A stretch of 64,000 bases of DNA from a virus: positions 16,074 to 80,073 of IMG/VR virus record IMGVR_UViG_3300026097_000017; one strand, given 5' to 3'. Every line of letters starts with the position of its first letter. The stretch's first letter is position 1. The notes beneath the pieces were generated by a model. The model had not been told where the DNA came from, made no database searches, and worked only from the letters and a program-made list of their open reading frames with translations. Positions 18,121-26,973 of the stretch are shown here, in pieces. The position numbers and the translations under genes are program-made.

Positions 18121-18384
18121 TTATTCTGTCGGCATTTCATCTTCAGGTTCATCTTCTTGGGGATACAAAAGATAATCCCTAGCAGATGAAATTGACTCCT
18201 TCGCTCTGCTAATCTTGTTCATCCACCAACTGGGGAGAACATGATCTTCAGCAGGAATAGACTCTAACTCTTCTAAAATTTCTTCAGCTTCATCTCCGAT
18301 GATTTCAACCATACGTTTGGCAGAAGCCAAGTCCATATGCCCGCTTTCGGAAATGGTAGTCAAAAAGTCTTCAAACTTCTTCAT
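18121..18384 (-). CDS. small acidic protein with capsid-targeting-like N-terminus
   Basis: MKKFEDFLTTISE. Confidence 0.65.
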   Translation of the reverse strand: MKKFEDFLTTISESGHMDLASAKRMVEIIGDEAEEILEELESIPAEDHVLPSWWMNKISRAKESISSARDYLLYPQEDEPEDEMPTE

Positions 18385-18385
18385 A

Positions 18386-18787
18386 TTAGAATACCTCTAA
18401 TGCAACTCTTTTGATTACAGTATTAGATACTGCAACATATAGATAGTTTTCATCCCAGAACAACTTGCCATCATGAGCAGCAACTGGTGAACCAAAAACT
18501 GTTGTAGCATTATTTGAGGCAGGTGTCTTGGCTGTATTGATCTGTACATGATCATTATTAGCAATCAACACACCAGTTACAGTTGTGTTTGCCTTAAAGA
18601 AGGACTTCGCTTCAATAATCGTATTCGCAGTAGTTCTCAACGTCCCTACTGCGATCGGATCAAAGAAGTTTTGTACAGTAACCTTCTTATTGGCTGGTGT
18701 TCCGCTTGGGTCATTGACCACATGTACCAAGTCATCGCTCGATACTGCGGTCAACTCATCAAGCTGAGTGATCTTTTTATCAGCCAT
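18386..18787 (-). CDS. probable virion structural protein
   Basis: 'MADKKITQL' start and C-terminal 'WDENYLYVAV...KRVAL' seen in phage fibre proteins. Confidence 0.65.
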   Translation of the reverse strand: MADKKITQLDELTAVSSDDLVHVVNDPSGTPANKKVTVQNFFDPIAVGTLRTTANTIIEAKSFFKANTTVTGVLIANNDHVQINTAKTPASNNATTVFGSPVAAHDGKLFWDENYLYVAVSNTVIKRVALEVF

Positions 18788-18797
18788 CAGTTAATCC

Positions 18798-19772
18798 TTA
18801 TGAATCAGGGAGTTCTACATCACCACTGTCATCATCACCGTCGCCAGTGATTGTCGACATAGCAACGAGTACTTCTGCTTTCTGACGTGTATTACCATTA
18901 GAATCAGTATATTGATCAGTGTAATGCACCCATCCAGCGTGAGAAGAACGCTCAGAATCTCTTGCTTCTACAGTAGCAGTAGCAGTTGAACCTGAACCAC
19001 CAGCTCCACCGAATGTTACAGCAGGTGCTGAAGTGTAGCCATATCCCGCTTCAGTGATTGTGATAGTAGAACCAACTCCGATTGTCAAATCCACAGTCAA
19101 AGCGTCATCGCCCGAACCATCAATCTTAGTTGTGGTTGCTTCATCAAGAGTAGGCAATACAGTATAAGAACCGCCATCTACGATAGTTAATGCTGTCACA
19201 ACACCTGACGCATCAGTAGTGACTGTCGCGTTTGCTGATGTACCAGTTCCACCATCAACTTCAATCGAATCACCGTTAGCGTATCCAGATCCACCAGCAT
19301 CACCAACTGCCATTGTGATTACAGTACCTACCGCTGTAGCAGTAGCAGTTGTTCCACTAGTTGGTGCAGCAAGTGTTACAGTTGGACGAGCAGTGTATCC
19401 TGTACCTGCAGCAGTCAAAGTGATTGCAGTAACCTTGCCTTCATTTACACCCATTTCCGCTACAGAAACGCCATAAACTTGGTCACCATCAATTGACGTG
19501 TCGCCATCAATAACATATGCAGGCTTTTCACTTACAGTGTATGCCTTACCAGTCAATGTACCAGTAGTCAGTTCAGTGTTTGATACTAAAGTCATTGATG
19601 TTGCATTAGTGATTGCAGAAATCACTGCTTCCCCGCCAGCGTCAGCAATAGCGATGACATCACCTGCTGCATAGTTGTTAGCAAAAAATGTATCTGTTCC
19701 AGTAACAGTCAATCCGCTCAAAGCAACTGTTCCTGGTGACGCAATATCGTCTTTATTTCCCCAGAGTGACAT
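18798..19772 (-). CDS. Thr/Gly/Ala-rich virion structural (decoration/fibre-like) protein
   Basis: 'MSLWG', repeated 'G.GYT..P.VT' beta motifs, 'HAGWV...E.LVAM'; late promoter upstream. Confidence 0.75.
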   Translation of the reverse strand: MSLWGNKDDIASPGTVALSGLTVTGTDTFFANNYAAGDVIAIADAGGEAVISAITNATSMTLVSNTELTTGTLTGKAYTVSEKPAYVIDGDTSIDGDQVYGVSVAEMGVNEGKVTAITLTAAGTGYTARPTVTLAAPTSGTTATATAVGTVITMAVGDAGGSGYANGDSIEVDGGTGTSANATVTTDASGVVTALTIVDGGSYTVLPTLDEATTTKIDGSGDDALTVDLTIGVGSTITITEAGYGYTSAPAVTFGGAGGSGSTATATVEARDSERSSHAGWVHYTDQYTDSNGNTRQKAEVLVAMSTITGDGDDDSGDVELPDS

Positions 19773-19798
19773 GTTTAGTCTCCTTTAATTAGTATTAT

Positions 19799-19805
19799 TA
19801 TTTAT
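19799..19805 (-). promoter_or_regulatory. T4-type late promoter
   Basis: ATAAATA followed by AGGAG RBS. Confidence 0.65.
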
Positions 19806-20434
19806 TTCTTTTCTTTAGCAAGCATATCAGCAACTTTCTTATATGTTGCAATATCTTTCTTGCTGAGACCATAATCATTTGCTTTTCTTTCCAGATCAGC
19901 TATTCCTGGACCTTTGCCTTCGGAATGCGTACCACAAGAACCTTCGTGCACTTTACCACATTTTTCGCACATAGCTTCCATAGTTTCCCCAAACATAGAC
20001 TTACGCAATTGATCTAGTTTCTTTGGAGAAACACCAAACTTAGCAATCGCATCTTTCTTAGACATGCCATCAAGCATTGCCTTCATTGCCGCAACTGCTT
20101 TTTTATCTTGCACACCTTCGTCTATTTCTACTTCAGGATTGACTTCTACTTTGTCTTCCTTTTTCTTTTCACTATCTTTGCCCATTGCTTCAGTCACTTT
20201 GTCTGGGTCCAGCTTGATTGTTACAGGAAACGTTTTTCCGCCAAACTCAAACTCTTTTTTCCCAGCCTTTTTGGCAGCTGCAGCCTTTACGATAAAGTCC
20301 TGAGCTGATTCAGTAGAAATTTCTTTTGGGATCTCTACTTTGATGCCATTTTTCTCAAAAACTTTCGTGCCAGTCATGACATTTTTAACAGCTTCTAGCA
20401 TACCGCTAGAATAACTAAATTTAGAACCGTACAT
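19802..20434 (-). CDS. Lys/Glu-rich modular protein, probably prohead-core or internal
   Basis: 'AAAAKKAGKKEFEFGGKTFPV' module and several hydrophobic-x-E sites. Confidence 0.65.
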   Translation of the reverse strand: MYGSKFSYSSGMLEAVKNVMTGTKVFEKNGIKVEIPKEISTESAQDFIVKAAAAKKAGKKEFEFGGKTFPVTIKLDPDKVTEAMGKDSEKKKEDKVEVNPEVEIDEGVQDKKAVAAMKAMLDGMSKKDAIAKFGVSPKKLDQLRKSMFGETMEAMCEKCGKVHEGSCGTHSEGKGPGIADLERKANDYGLSKKDIATYKKVADMLAKEKK

Positions 20435-20729
20435 ATTTTTCTCCTATGAAATCCCGTTCTGTTATCTTTACGATTAAATTCGTAGTACCTTTAATAACCC
20501 GATGAAAGTCGTATGCCTTCACCAAAATAGTCATACCCTCTTCTAACTCAAAGGGAACTTTATTGTCATACTGAAACTTCCATCCTGCACCACCCATAAT
20601 TTCAATAATACGATCTTTTTTATCACGGTGCCAAATAAATTCGCTGTTAGACAAATTTACTGAAAATTCTCTCAAGAAGGATTTACTACCTTCTTCTCTC
20701 CAATCTTTGTATGGTATAGATTCACTCAT
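20421..20729 (-). CDS. small cupin-like protein
   Basis: 'WHRD...WKFQYDN..P......HRVIKG'. Confidence 0.6.
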   Translation of the reverse strand: MSESIPYKDWREEGSKSFLREFSVNLSNSEFIWHRDKKDRIIEIMGGAGWKFQYDNKVPFELEEGMTILVKAYDFHRVIKGTTNLIVKITERDFIGEKYVRF

Positions 20730-20743
20730 TGCATTCTCCAGTA

Positions 20744-21508
20744 TCACCAAAAAAAGCTACCACCGCCTTCTAATCCCAACTCTTTAGCATAGTAAGGAAG
20801 ACGACATGCCCAATATCCAGGCTTGGTATTATCTTTCTTTTGATCGCACTTATGTCGAGCATTGAAAGATTTCCTAGCAGCAGGATCATTGAGTTTGACC
20901 TTCAATCCAGAAGTATCACCAAACTGCACTTTAATGACATTACCCTTGTCATTTTTAACATACACATAGAACTTCTTGTCACCACCACGTTTGGGGCTGT
21001 TTAGTTCTACATCTCTTCCTTTATATTCAGCCTCAATTAACGGAATATCTAACGGAACTTCTTCACCTTCATAAATGCCGAGTTCTCCCGCATTTGATTC
21101 TAACAACATGCGATCAAAAGCATCATCGGTTTCTAACTTTCCTTCCTTCCACAATCTGCGACACTCTCTAAAAAACTCATAGTATGCCTCACTATGTGGA
21201 CGGAATATATTTTCTTTAATTGACAAATTATATTCAGTATGGTAATCGATGGCTTCAGAAATACTGTCATACCCTTCCACCATTGATGCTAGATCACGTG
21301 CATCCACACCTTGAAACTGTTTAGCAATCTGCGCAGCATAATACTCGATACTATGTTGCAGTTTACCTTCTTTGCGCTTTTTGTTAACTACTTGTTGTAA
21401 AATATCTTTAGCAACTTTATATGTGCGAGGCTTGGTCACATAGCGTCTCATCAGCTTTGTGAACCAATCCTCCTCAAGTTGTTTATCAAATTGCTTAAAA
21501 CTTAGCAT
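20744..21508 (-). CDS. multidomain protein with capsid-targeting-like N-terminus
   Basis: MLSFKQFDKQLEE; C-terminal 'AEYKG..V.LN.P.RG..KKFYVYV...ARKSF.ARHKC...GYWAC' module. Confidence 0.75.
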   Translation of the reverse strand: MLSFKQFDKQLEEDWFTKLMRRYVTKPRTYKVAKDILQQVVNKKRKEGKLQHSIEYYAAQIAKQFQGVDARDLASMVEGYDSISEAIDYHTEYNLSIKENIFRPHSEAYYEFFRECRRLWKEGKLETDDAFDRMLLESNAGELGIYEGEEVPLDIPLIEAEYKGRDVELNSPKRGGDKKFYVYVKNDKGNVIKVQFGDTSGLKVKLNDPAARKSFNARHKCDQKKDNTKPGYWACRLPYYAKELGLEGGGSFFW

Positions 21509-24500
21509 TACTTACCTGTCGCCAATTTAAGTGCATTCATAAAGTCTTTCTTGCTTCTACCCATCATCTGCTGAAGAGCTTGCTTCTGAATTGGCTTAGC
21601 AAGTGCTTGGTGAAGATTCATCAGTAATTTTGCATCTTTCGGGTCAATCTTCATGGTAGAACCATCAGCAAATTGTACTGGCTTCATACCTCTTAGATCA
21701 ACAACTTTACGCAGCTGCATTACGATATTTTCTTCTTCCTCTTCCTTTGGCTTACGACCTTCTTCAATATCTGACTTGACCATGTCTTTGACAGTATTCA
21801 AGTGTCCTTGATGATAGTCGTGCCCCATTAAGCCTGCTTCTTTGATCTTGGCTTTGGCAATTTCAATACGACGAGTAATTTCATCAACATCACCTTGAGT
21901 AGCAAACCCACGATCTATCGCTTTACCTTCAATCTCAAGATACTGGTCAACAGCTTTCATTGCAGTTCTAACTTTAGGAACGTCGCCAACCTTTTCTAAG
22001 TCTTTCTTAAACTGCTCAACAGCAGCAGGACATAAATCCATGTATTCATATGTTTGCCCAGCTATTTCTACTTCTTCATTCATATTTTTCATGATATCAT
22101 GTTGAGTTGCTGGCTTGATACCATAATCATTAAATGCTTTCTTGATGTCAGCATCAGAAAACTTTTTGTCGTTACCACTCTTGAAGTTGAACTTTTTAGC
22201 TAGATCAGAAATGAACTTTGGATTGCCACGCATCCAGTTAGCTTTGGTCAATGCCTTGTTGACATCATTCCAAGAATACTTTTCATCAAGTTCAAAGATT
22301 TCTTCTTCTGTCACTTCATCAAAAGATGCTACTCGCTTCTCTTCCATCAAACCATTTTTCTTAAGAATACGGAATACAACTTCACGAACATCAGTATCCA
22401 TATCCATTACGATTTTATTGAGTTGATTCAGTAAGTCGCCTGAGTTGATCAGAGAAACCTTACCGAGCCGATCTAGGATAATAGCCAGCTTCTTCAGATT
22501 CGCACCCTCAATCGGATCCTTCACTGAACGGAGTTCTTTAGATGCTCTTGAATATGCCTTAGAATCTTTTGATTCTTTCATCTTTATGCCACGCTTCGCA
22601 AGTTGTCTTGCTCTAGACATCCCTGAAGTCTTCGTTCCATCACTATTTCTTGGCGTCTTTTTAGGTTTGGGATCAGGATCGAAAGGTGGTTTTCCTTTAG
22701 CAGATTCCATCAAACCAGCCTTCTTTAATGCTTTATCAAGTTCATCTTTAATATCTTTATTTTTAGCGAGGAGACCATAATCTTTATTCACACTAGCAAT
22801 AAATCCACTAGCTTGTAAAATGTTAGGACTCTTCGCAAGAGCTTCCATGTTTCTAATCATGTCATTAAAGGTCGCTTTCATATCTTTGGAAATCTGTAGA
22901 CGGGAAACTTGCTTGACTCCTTCAGCACCTTTCTTCCAGTTGGCAGAAATTTTTGCTGCCTCATCCAGTTCAACTTCTTCACGAATATCTGATACCATAT
23001 GCAACTTATTATACATATCAACTTCCACATTAGTGCCGTCTTTCGCTGTACCGAACAGAACAGCGTTGGCAACTTTATCGACAGTATATTGCTTGCCTTG
23101 ATACTTGAACGTGTTACCTTTCCTGAATGGCTCTCTGATCTTTATTTCTTCTAGATCAGCTTCTTCATTCTTTGGCTTTTCACCTTTCTCTTTCTTGGCA
23201 ATGGCAATCGCTGCCTGTTGAGCAGGACTTACTGCTTCTTTCTTGTCAGGAAGCCCCTTATGCTTCGTGCTAGCAAAATCTTCTAAATCCTTTTCTGACA
23301 TAGAACCTGCCAGTTCTTTAACTTCATCTGATACTTCATCATCACTCAGCTCACCACGCTTATATTGAAGCGCAAGTGCCATCAACTTTTGTTGAGCTAC
23401 TGAAGTTGCCTTCTCTTCTAGTTCTATGAACTCTTCAAAAATTCTGTCTAAAGATTCCACTGTAAATTCCTCTTTCTTAGCTTTTTTGGCCTTCGCCCAT
23501 AAGTCTGCGTCAGCAGTTGTTCTAGTCTTTCCACCGACAATGAATGAATTGACGCGAGCAAATGCCCACTGATGTTGTGTTGCTCCAGGACGATGTCCTG
23601 TCTTCCAAGCTGCCATCCCTCTATCGTACACTTTTTTCAGAATACCATAAGGAATGCCTGATTTTTTGGATTTTTTCTTCAGCCCTTCGATTTGTTTCTC
23701 AGTTACCAACTCAATCTCTTCGTTGAATGCTTTCTCTTGCCACTCATAAGATCTATCATCTTTGGTGATTGGACCACCAGATGCCCAAGTGTCGCACGAA
23801 CGCTTAGAATGACACTTGAAGTGATGCATCCAGCAATAGCCCAACTCACCTGCACCCTCTGATACTTCTCCTGGCATACAATCTTTCATTCTTGGTGAAA
23901 TATCAAATGCTACGCAACTTCCACAATTAGATTTTTTAGCAGCATCAACAGTGGTGTTCCACTTATCTGCCAGTTTATTCCAGTAATCTCCTGGCTCGCT
24001 CACATTGAGAGGTCCATACATATGATTTCTGCGAGTTAAATTACGGTTTTTAGTATTAACATCTACATTTTGAGTTGCTGTAGGGCATGCAACTTCTTGC
24101 TCAACCATAGGTATTAATTGTATTTTTTCTTTGACGCAATTGGGCACAGGTTTTCCTCCCTTACCTTTCTTCATACCAACCTGCTTGTATCCATCCCAGC
24201 AAGGATCTTCATCTTCGCCATACATTTGCTTGTACTTCTTTGTATACTTACTTGGTTTAGTTTCTGCGTCAGCATCTCCAGGAGCAGGCTTATATGACTT
24301 AGGATCGTCATCAGGCAACTTGGCTCCACGCTTGAACTGTTGCGCTCTACTTTTGGCAGTCTTTTTCTTCATACCTTTATAGTATTGAGCAGGCTGATCG
24401 CCTTTTACATCAGGCATTACATCTTCAGTCAGACGCATACCTTTACGGACTTTCATAAAAACCTCTTCTGCTCTTTTCTGGAGTGCTTTAGGTAATCCTA

Positions 24501-24966
24501 GTGTGAAACTTTTTAAATCACCATTCGCAGCAAGTTCTCTCATCTTTGAAGCTGACATACCTGACACGTCTTCAGCATCAGGATCTCTTGCTCCTGCCGA
24601 AACAACTTCAATACTGTCAAAAGTATACTCTTTTTGATTGTAGTTGTTAAGCAGTTTATCAAATTTTTGCACACGATCTGAACCAACAACCATAATTACG
24701 TTGTCATATTCTTTATCGAGTTCTTTTAAAACTTCAATGACAGTGCGTGCTTTAGACACCTTGACAATTGGACCGAACGCAACTTTAGCGTAACGAACTT
24801 TGTCAAGATATGGGAGAGGATTCTTTTTAGGATCCTGCGACTGCGACAAATAAATTGCTACATCAGCACGTTTACGCAACGCAGTTTTTTTGAGTTTACT
24901 GACCAATAATTCATGACCAGTGGTTGGTGGATTGAGCCTACCAAATGTAAATACAATAGTTTTCAT
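21508..24966 (-). CDS. HIGH-family (cytidyltransferase-like) nucleotidyltransferase fused to a long string of small modules (1152 aa)
   Basis: N-terminal 'FGRLNPPTTGH' and 'MSASKMR'; downstream Cys-rich, DUF3008-like and other modules separated by E-rich linkers. Confidence 0.85.
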   Translation of the reverse strand: MKTIVFTFGRLNPPTTGHELLVSKLKKTALRKRADVAIYLSQSQDPKKNPLPYLDKVRYAKVAFGPIVKVSKARTVIEVLKELDKEYDNVIMVVGSDRVQKFDKLLNNYNQKEYTFDSIEVVSAGARDPDAEDVSGMSASKMRELAANGDLKSFTLGLPKALQKRAEEVFMKVRKGMRLTEDVMPDVKGDQPAQYYKGMKKKTAKSRAQQFKRGAKLPDDDPKSYKPAPGDADAETKPSKYTKKYKQMYGEDEDPCWDGYKQVGMKKGKGGKPVPNCVKEKIQLIPMVEQEVACPTATQNVDVNTKNRNLTRRNHMYGPLNVSEPGDYWNKLADKWNTTVDAAKKSNCGSCVAFDISPRMKDCMPGEVSEGAGELGYCWMHHFKCHSKRSCDTWASGGPITKDDRSYEWQEKAFNEEIELVTEKQIEGLKKKSKKSGIPYGILKKVYDRGMAAWKTGHRPGATQHQWAFARVNSFIVGGKTRTTADADLWAKAKKAKKEEFTVESLDRIFEEFIELEEKATSVAQQKLMALALQYKRGELSDDEVSDEVKELAGSMSEKDLEDFASTKHKGLPDKKEAVSPAQQAAIAIAKKEKGEKPKNEEADLEEIKIREPFRKGNTFKYQGKQYTVDKVANAVLFGTAKDGTNVEVDMYNKLHMVSDIREEVELDEAAKISANWKKGAEGVKQVSRLQISKDMKATFNDMIRNMEALAKSPNILQASGFIASVNKDYGLLAKNKDIKDELDKALKKAGLMESAKGKPPFDPDPKPKKTPRNSDGTKTSGMSRARQLAKRGIKMKESKDSKAYSRASKELRSVKDPIEGANLKKLAIILDRLGKVSLINSGDLLNQLNKIVMDMDTDVREVVFRILKKNGLMEEKRVASFDEVTEEEIFELDEKYSWNDVNKALTKANWMRGNPKFISDLAKKFNFKSGNDKKFSDADIKKAFNDYGIKPATQHDIMKNMNEEVEIAGQTYEYMDLCPAAVEQFKKDLEKVGDVPKVRTAMKAVDQYLEIEGKAIDRGFATQGDVDEITRRIEIAKAKIKEAGLMGHDYHQGHLNTVKDMVKSDIEEGRKPKEEEEENIVMQLRKVVDLRGMKPVQFADGSTMKIDPKDAKLLMNLHQALAKPIQKQALQQMMGRSKKDFMNALKLATGK

Positions 24967-25008
24967 CCAGGTTTCCCGAAGTGCTAACTGGTTAATTAAT
25001 TATGAATA

Positions 25009-25015
25009 TATTTAG
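25009..25015 (-). promoter_or_regulatory. T4-type late promoter
   Basis: CTAAATA upstream of the 1152-aa ORF. Confidence 0.6.
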
Positions 25016-25018
25016 TAA

Positions 25019-25744
25019 TTAGGATCTTTGACCTGTTCCTTCGTCATCTATCAATATACCTTCCCCAAATACACCATATTCCTGCGTGCCTGCGCTGGCT
25101 TTGCCCTGAAACTGAATATCTGTTTTTTCGCTATATGCAAAGGGATAATATCTTTGAATATTCATCTGTTCTAGGAATGAAGTTTCTGCAACATTAAACT
25201 CTACTCCCGCTGGCGTGACAGCTCTATTTCTGAAAAATAATATACGATTGTTTAATGCTGCAGTAGCACTAAATGCGTCAATACGATTTAAATGGAAACT
25301 ATGTCCAGCAGGAACTGTGAAAATTGAGGCTTGATTTCTACCAACTCTTGGATTTATTTGGCCATAGACTGTACTACCACCAGTTAATGTGATAGTGCCA
25401 TTGGCTGTATTACCAGCAATAGTAATTAAATCATTGATTCTAAAAAACTCATTGGATAGAACGGTATTCGCTGTACCATCTACAGTGACATTTTCTGAAA
25501 TGATTTCATAGTTAGAATCTAAACCAACCACTCTAACTGTACAGCTATCAGTCCCATCATCACTAGTCATTCCCATAGCTGTATTCGCAGTGGGATAAGT
25601 GTATACAGTGTTATTTTCCCAAAGAGGAATATAGCTGGCACCTAGTGATGAATTGAAACCAAAAATGTTTCTGACACTAGCATTACGAACAAGTCCTCTA
25701 GCAACTGAAAGTCTTTCTTCATCTAAATATCTTAAATACGGCAT
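25019..25744 (-). CDS. beta-rich hypothetical protein (probably structural)
   Basis: 'VRVVGLD.NY..ISE.V', 'FFRIN', 'FTVPAG'; start at ATG 25744 coupled to the upstream stop. Confidence 0.65.
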   Translation of the reverse strand: MPYLRYLDEERLSVARGLVRNASVRNIFGFNSSLGASYIPLWENNTVYTYPTANTAMGMTSDDGTDSCTVRVVGLDSNYEIISENVTVDGTANTVLSNEFFRINDLITIAGNTANGTITLTGGSTVYGQINPRVGRNQASIFTVPAGHSFHLNRIDAFSATAALNNRILFFRNRAVTPAGVEFNVAETSFLEQMNIQRYYPFAYSEKTDIQFQGKASAGTQEYGVFGEGILIDDEGTGQRS

Positions 25745-26973
25745 TATCGTTGCCAACCTTTCTTAATATTCGGAGAGAAGTTATTGTAAGAAAACTCCAT
25801 CCGATCAACGAGTTTCACTGCATCACCCTTTAGTTTGTCAATGGCGACGAAGCCTTCCTGTCCTGTCACTTTGTACCCATCATCAGTCAATACGAAAGTG
25901 CTCAGGCTCTTTACCTTATTTAGTTTTCCAATTAAAACCTGTTTAGCATCGACAAGGAGGTTCTGAAGTTCGAAGATCTTTTCAAGATTTTTCTTGTTGG
26001 TGTTCGAGAAAAAGCGCATGACCTGAGCTTTCTTGGCTCTGGGACCTGCCTTTCCTCTTTCGGTTTTTCGTTTTGATTCTTCTGCACCGTAGTACTCCAA
26101 TATGTAATCGATTAATTCGTTGACATGACGTTTCACATTCTTAACACGCTCGCCACTTCTCACCTTAGTATTATTGAACGTCTTTACTCGGAGTAATAAC
26201 TCATCATCTGCAGATATGCCGTTGAGCGTCTTAGGATCTAGAGATTGAAATATTTTTCCAGCCTGTGACAATATCTTATTGACTTCAGTTGTTTCTGCCT
26301 TAGTCATTGTCGCTGCACCTGAGACATCTTTGTACTCAGCATCAGTAGAAAATACAGCAGAACTATCTCTCAGAGTATCAGCAATATTCTTACCGAATGA
26401 TGCTCTCATATTCTCAAATGACTCACCGTCATAGTTCGTGTGCCAAACAACTCCAATTTTAGATGACAGTATCTGCCGAGCAAGTTTAGACTTCGCAGGA
26501 ACTGCGTAGACAATCGTGTTTGGATGGAACGTAATATATTCCTCACCATCAATCGTTGTTTTATCTACTGTATCATTAGAGAACAAAAAATCACCCTGAA
26601 TCACGTTGGTAATTCCAAGATCAGGGAAATGCTTCAATGCCAAAATTAATTTATTTTGGAGATCTCCTGAAGTATCTGCTTTAACTTCTGCTTCTGTCTT
26701 GTAGATCTTAGGCTCTTTATTGAAAATTCCTTTCTTGGCAACAAAAAACTTGCCGTCACGAGGATCGATACCAGCAAAAACGGCAGGAGCACCGTCCCAC
26801 TTGACGGAAATATTAACTTTTGAATCACTAGTACCAGCAAGCATGTCACGTACAGCTCTAAGAAAATTAATAGCTTCCCTAGCCCCTGCAACTCCTCCAT
26901 TTAGGACGAGATCTTCCACATGTTCCATATGAAGATTTTTAGATTCTTCGAGATATGATTCAAAATTCTTCAA
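25744..26973 (-). CDS. DUF6267-like protein, covalent nucleotidyltransferase (RNA-ligase-like) fold
   Basis: KWDG (motif I), QGDFLF, EGFVA, KLV; TTG start; N-terminus MKNFESYLEE. Confidence 0.75.
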   Translation of the reverse strand: MKNFESYLEESKNLHMEHVEDLVLNGGVAGAREAINFLRAVRDMLAGTSDSKVNISVKWDGAPAVFAGIDPRDGKFFVAKKGIFNKEPKIYKTEAEVKADTSGDLQNKLILALKHFPDLGITNVIQGDFLFSNDTVDKTTIDGEEYITFHPNTIVYAVPAKSKLARQILSSKIGVVWHTNYDGESFENMRASFGKNIADTLRDSSAVFSTDAEYKDVSGAATMTKAETTEVNKILSQAGKIFQSLDPKTLNGISADDELLLRVKTFNNTKVRSGERVKNVKRHVNELIDYILEYYGAEESKRKTERGKAGPRAKKAQVMRFFSNTNKKNLEKIFELQNLLVDAKQVLIGKLNKVKSLSTFVLTDDGYKVTGQEGFVAIDKLKGDAVKLVDRMEFSYNNFSPNIKKGWQR

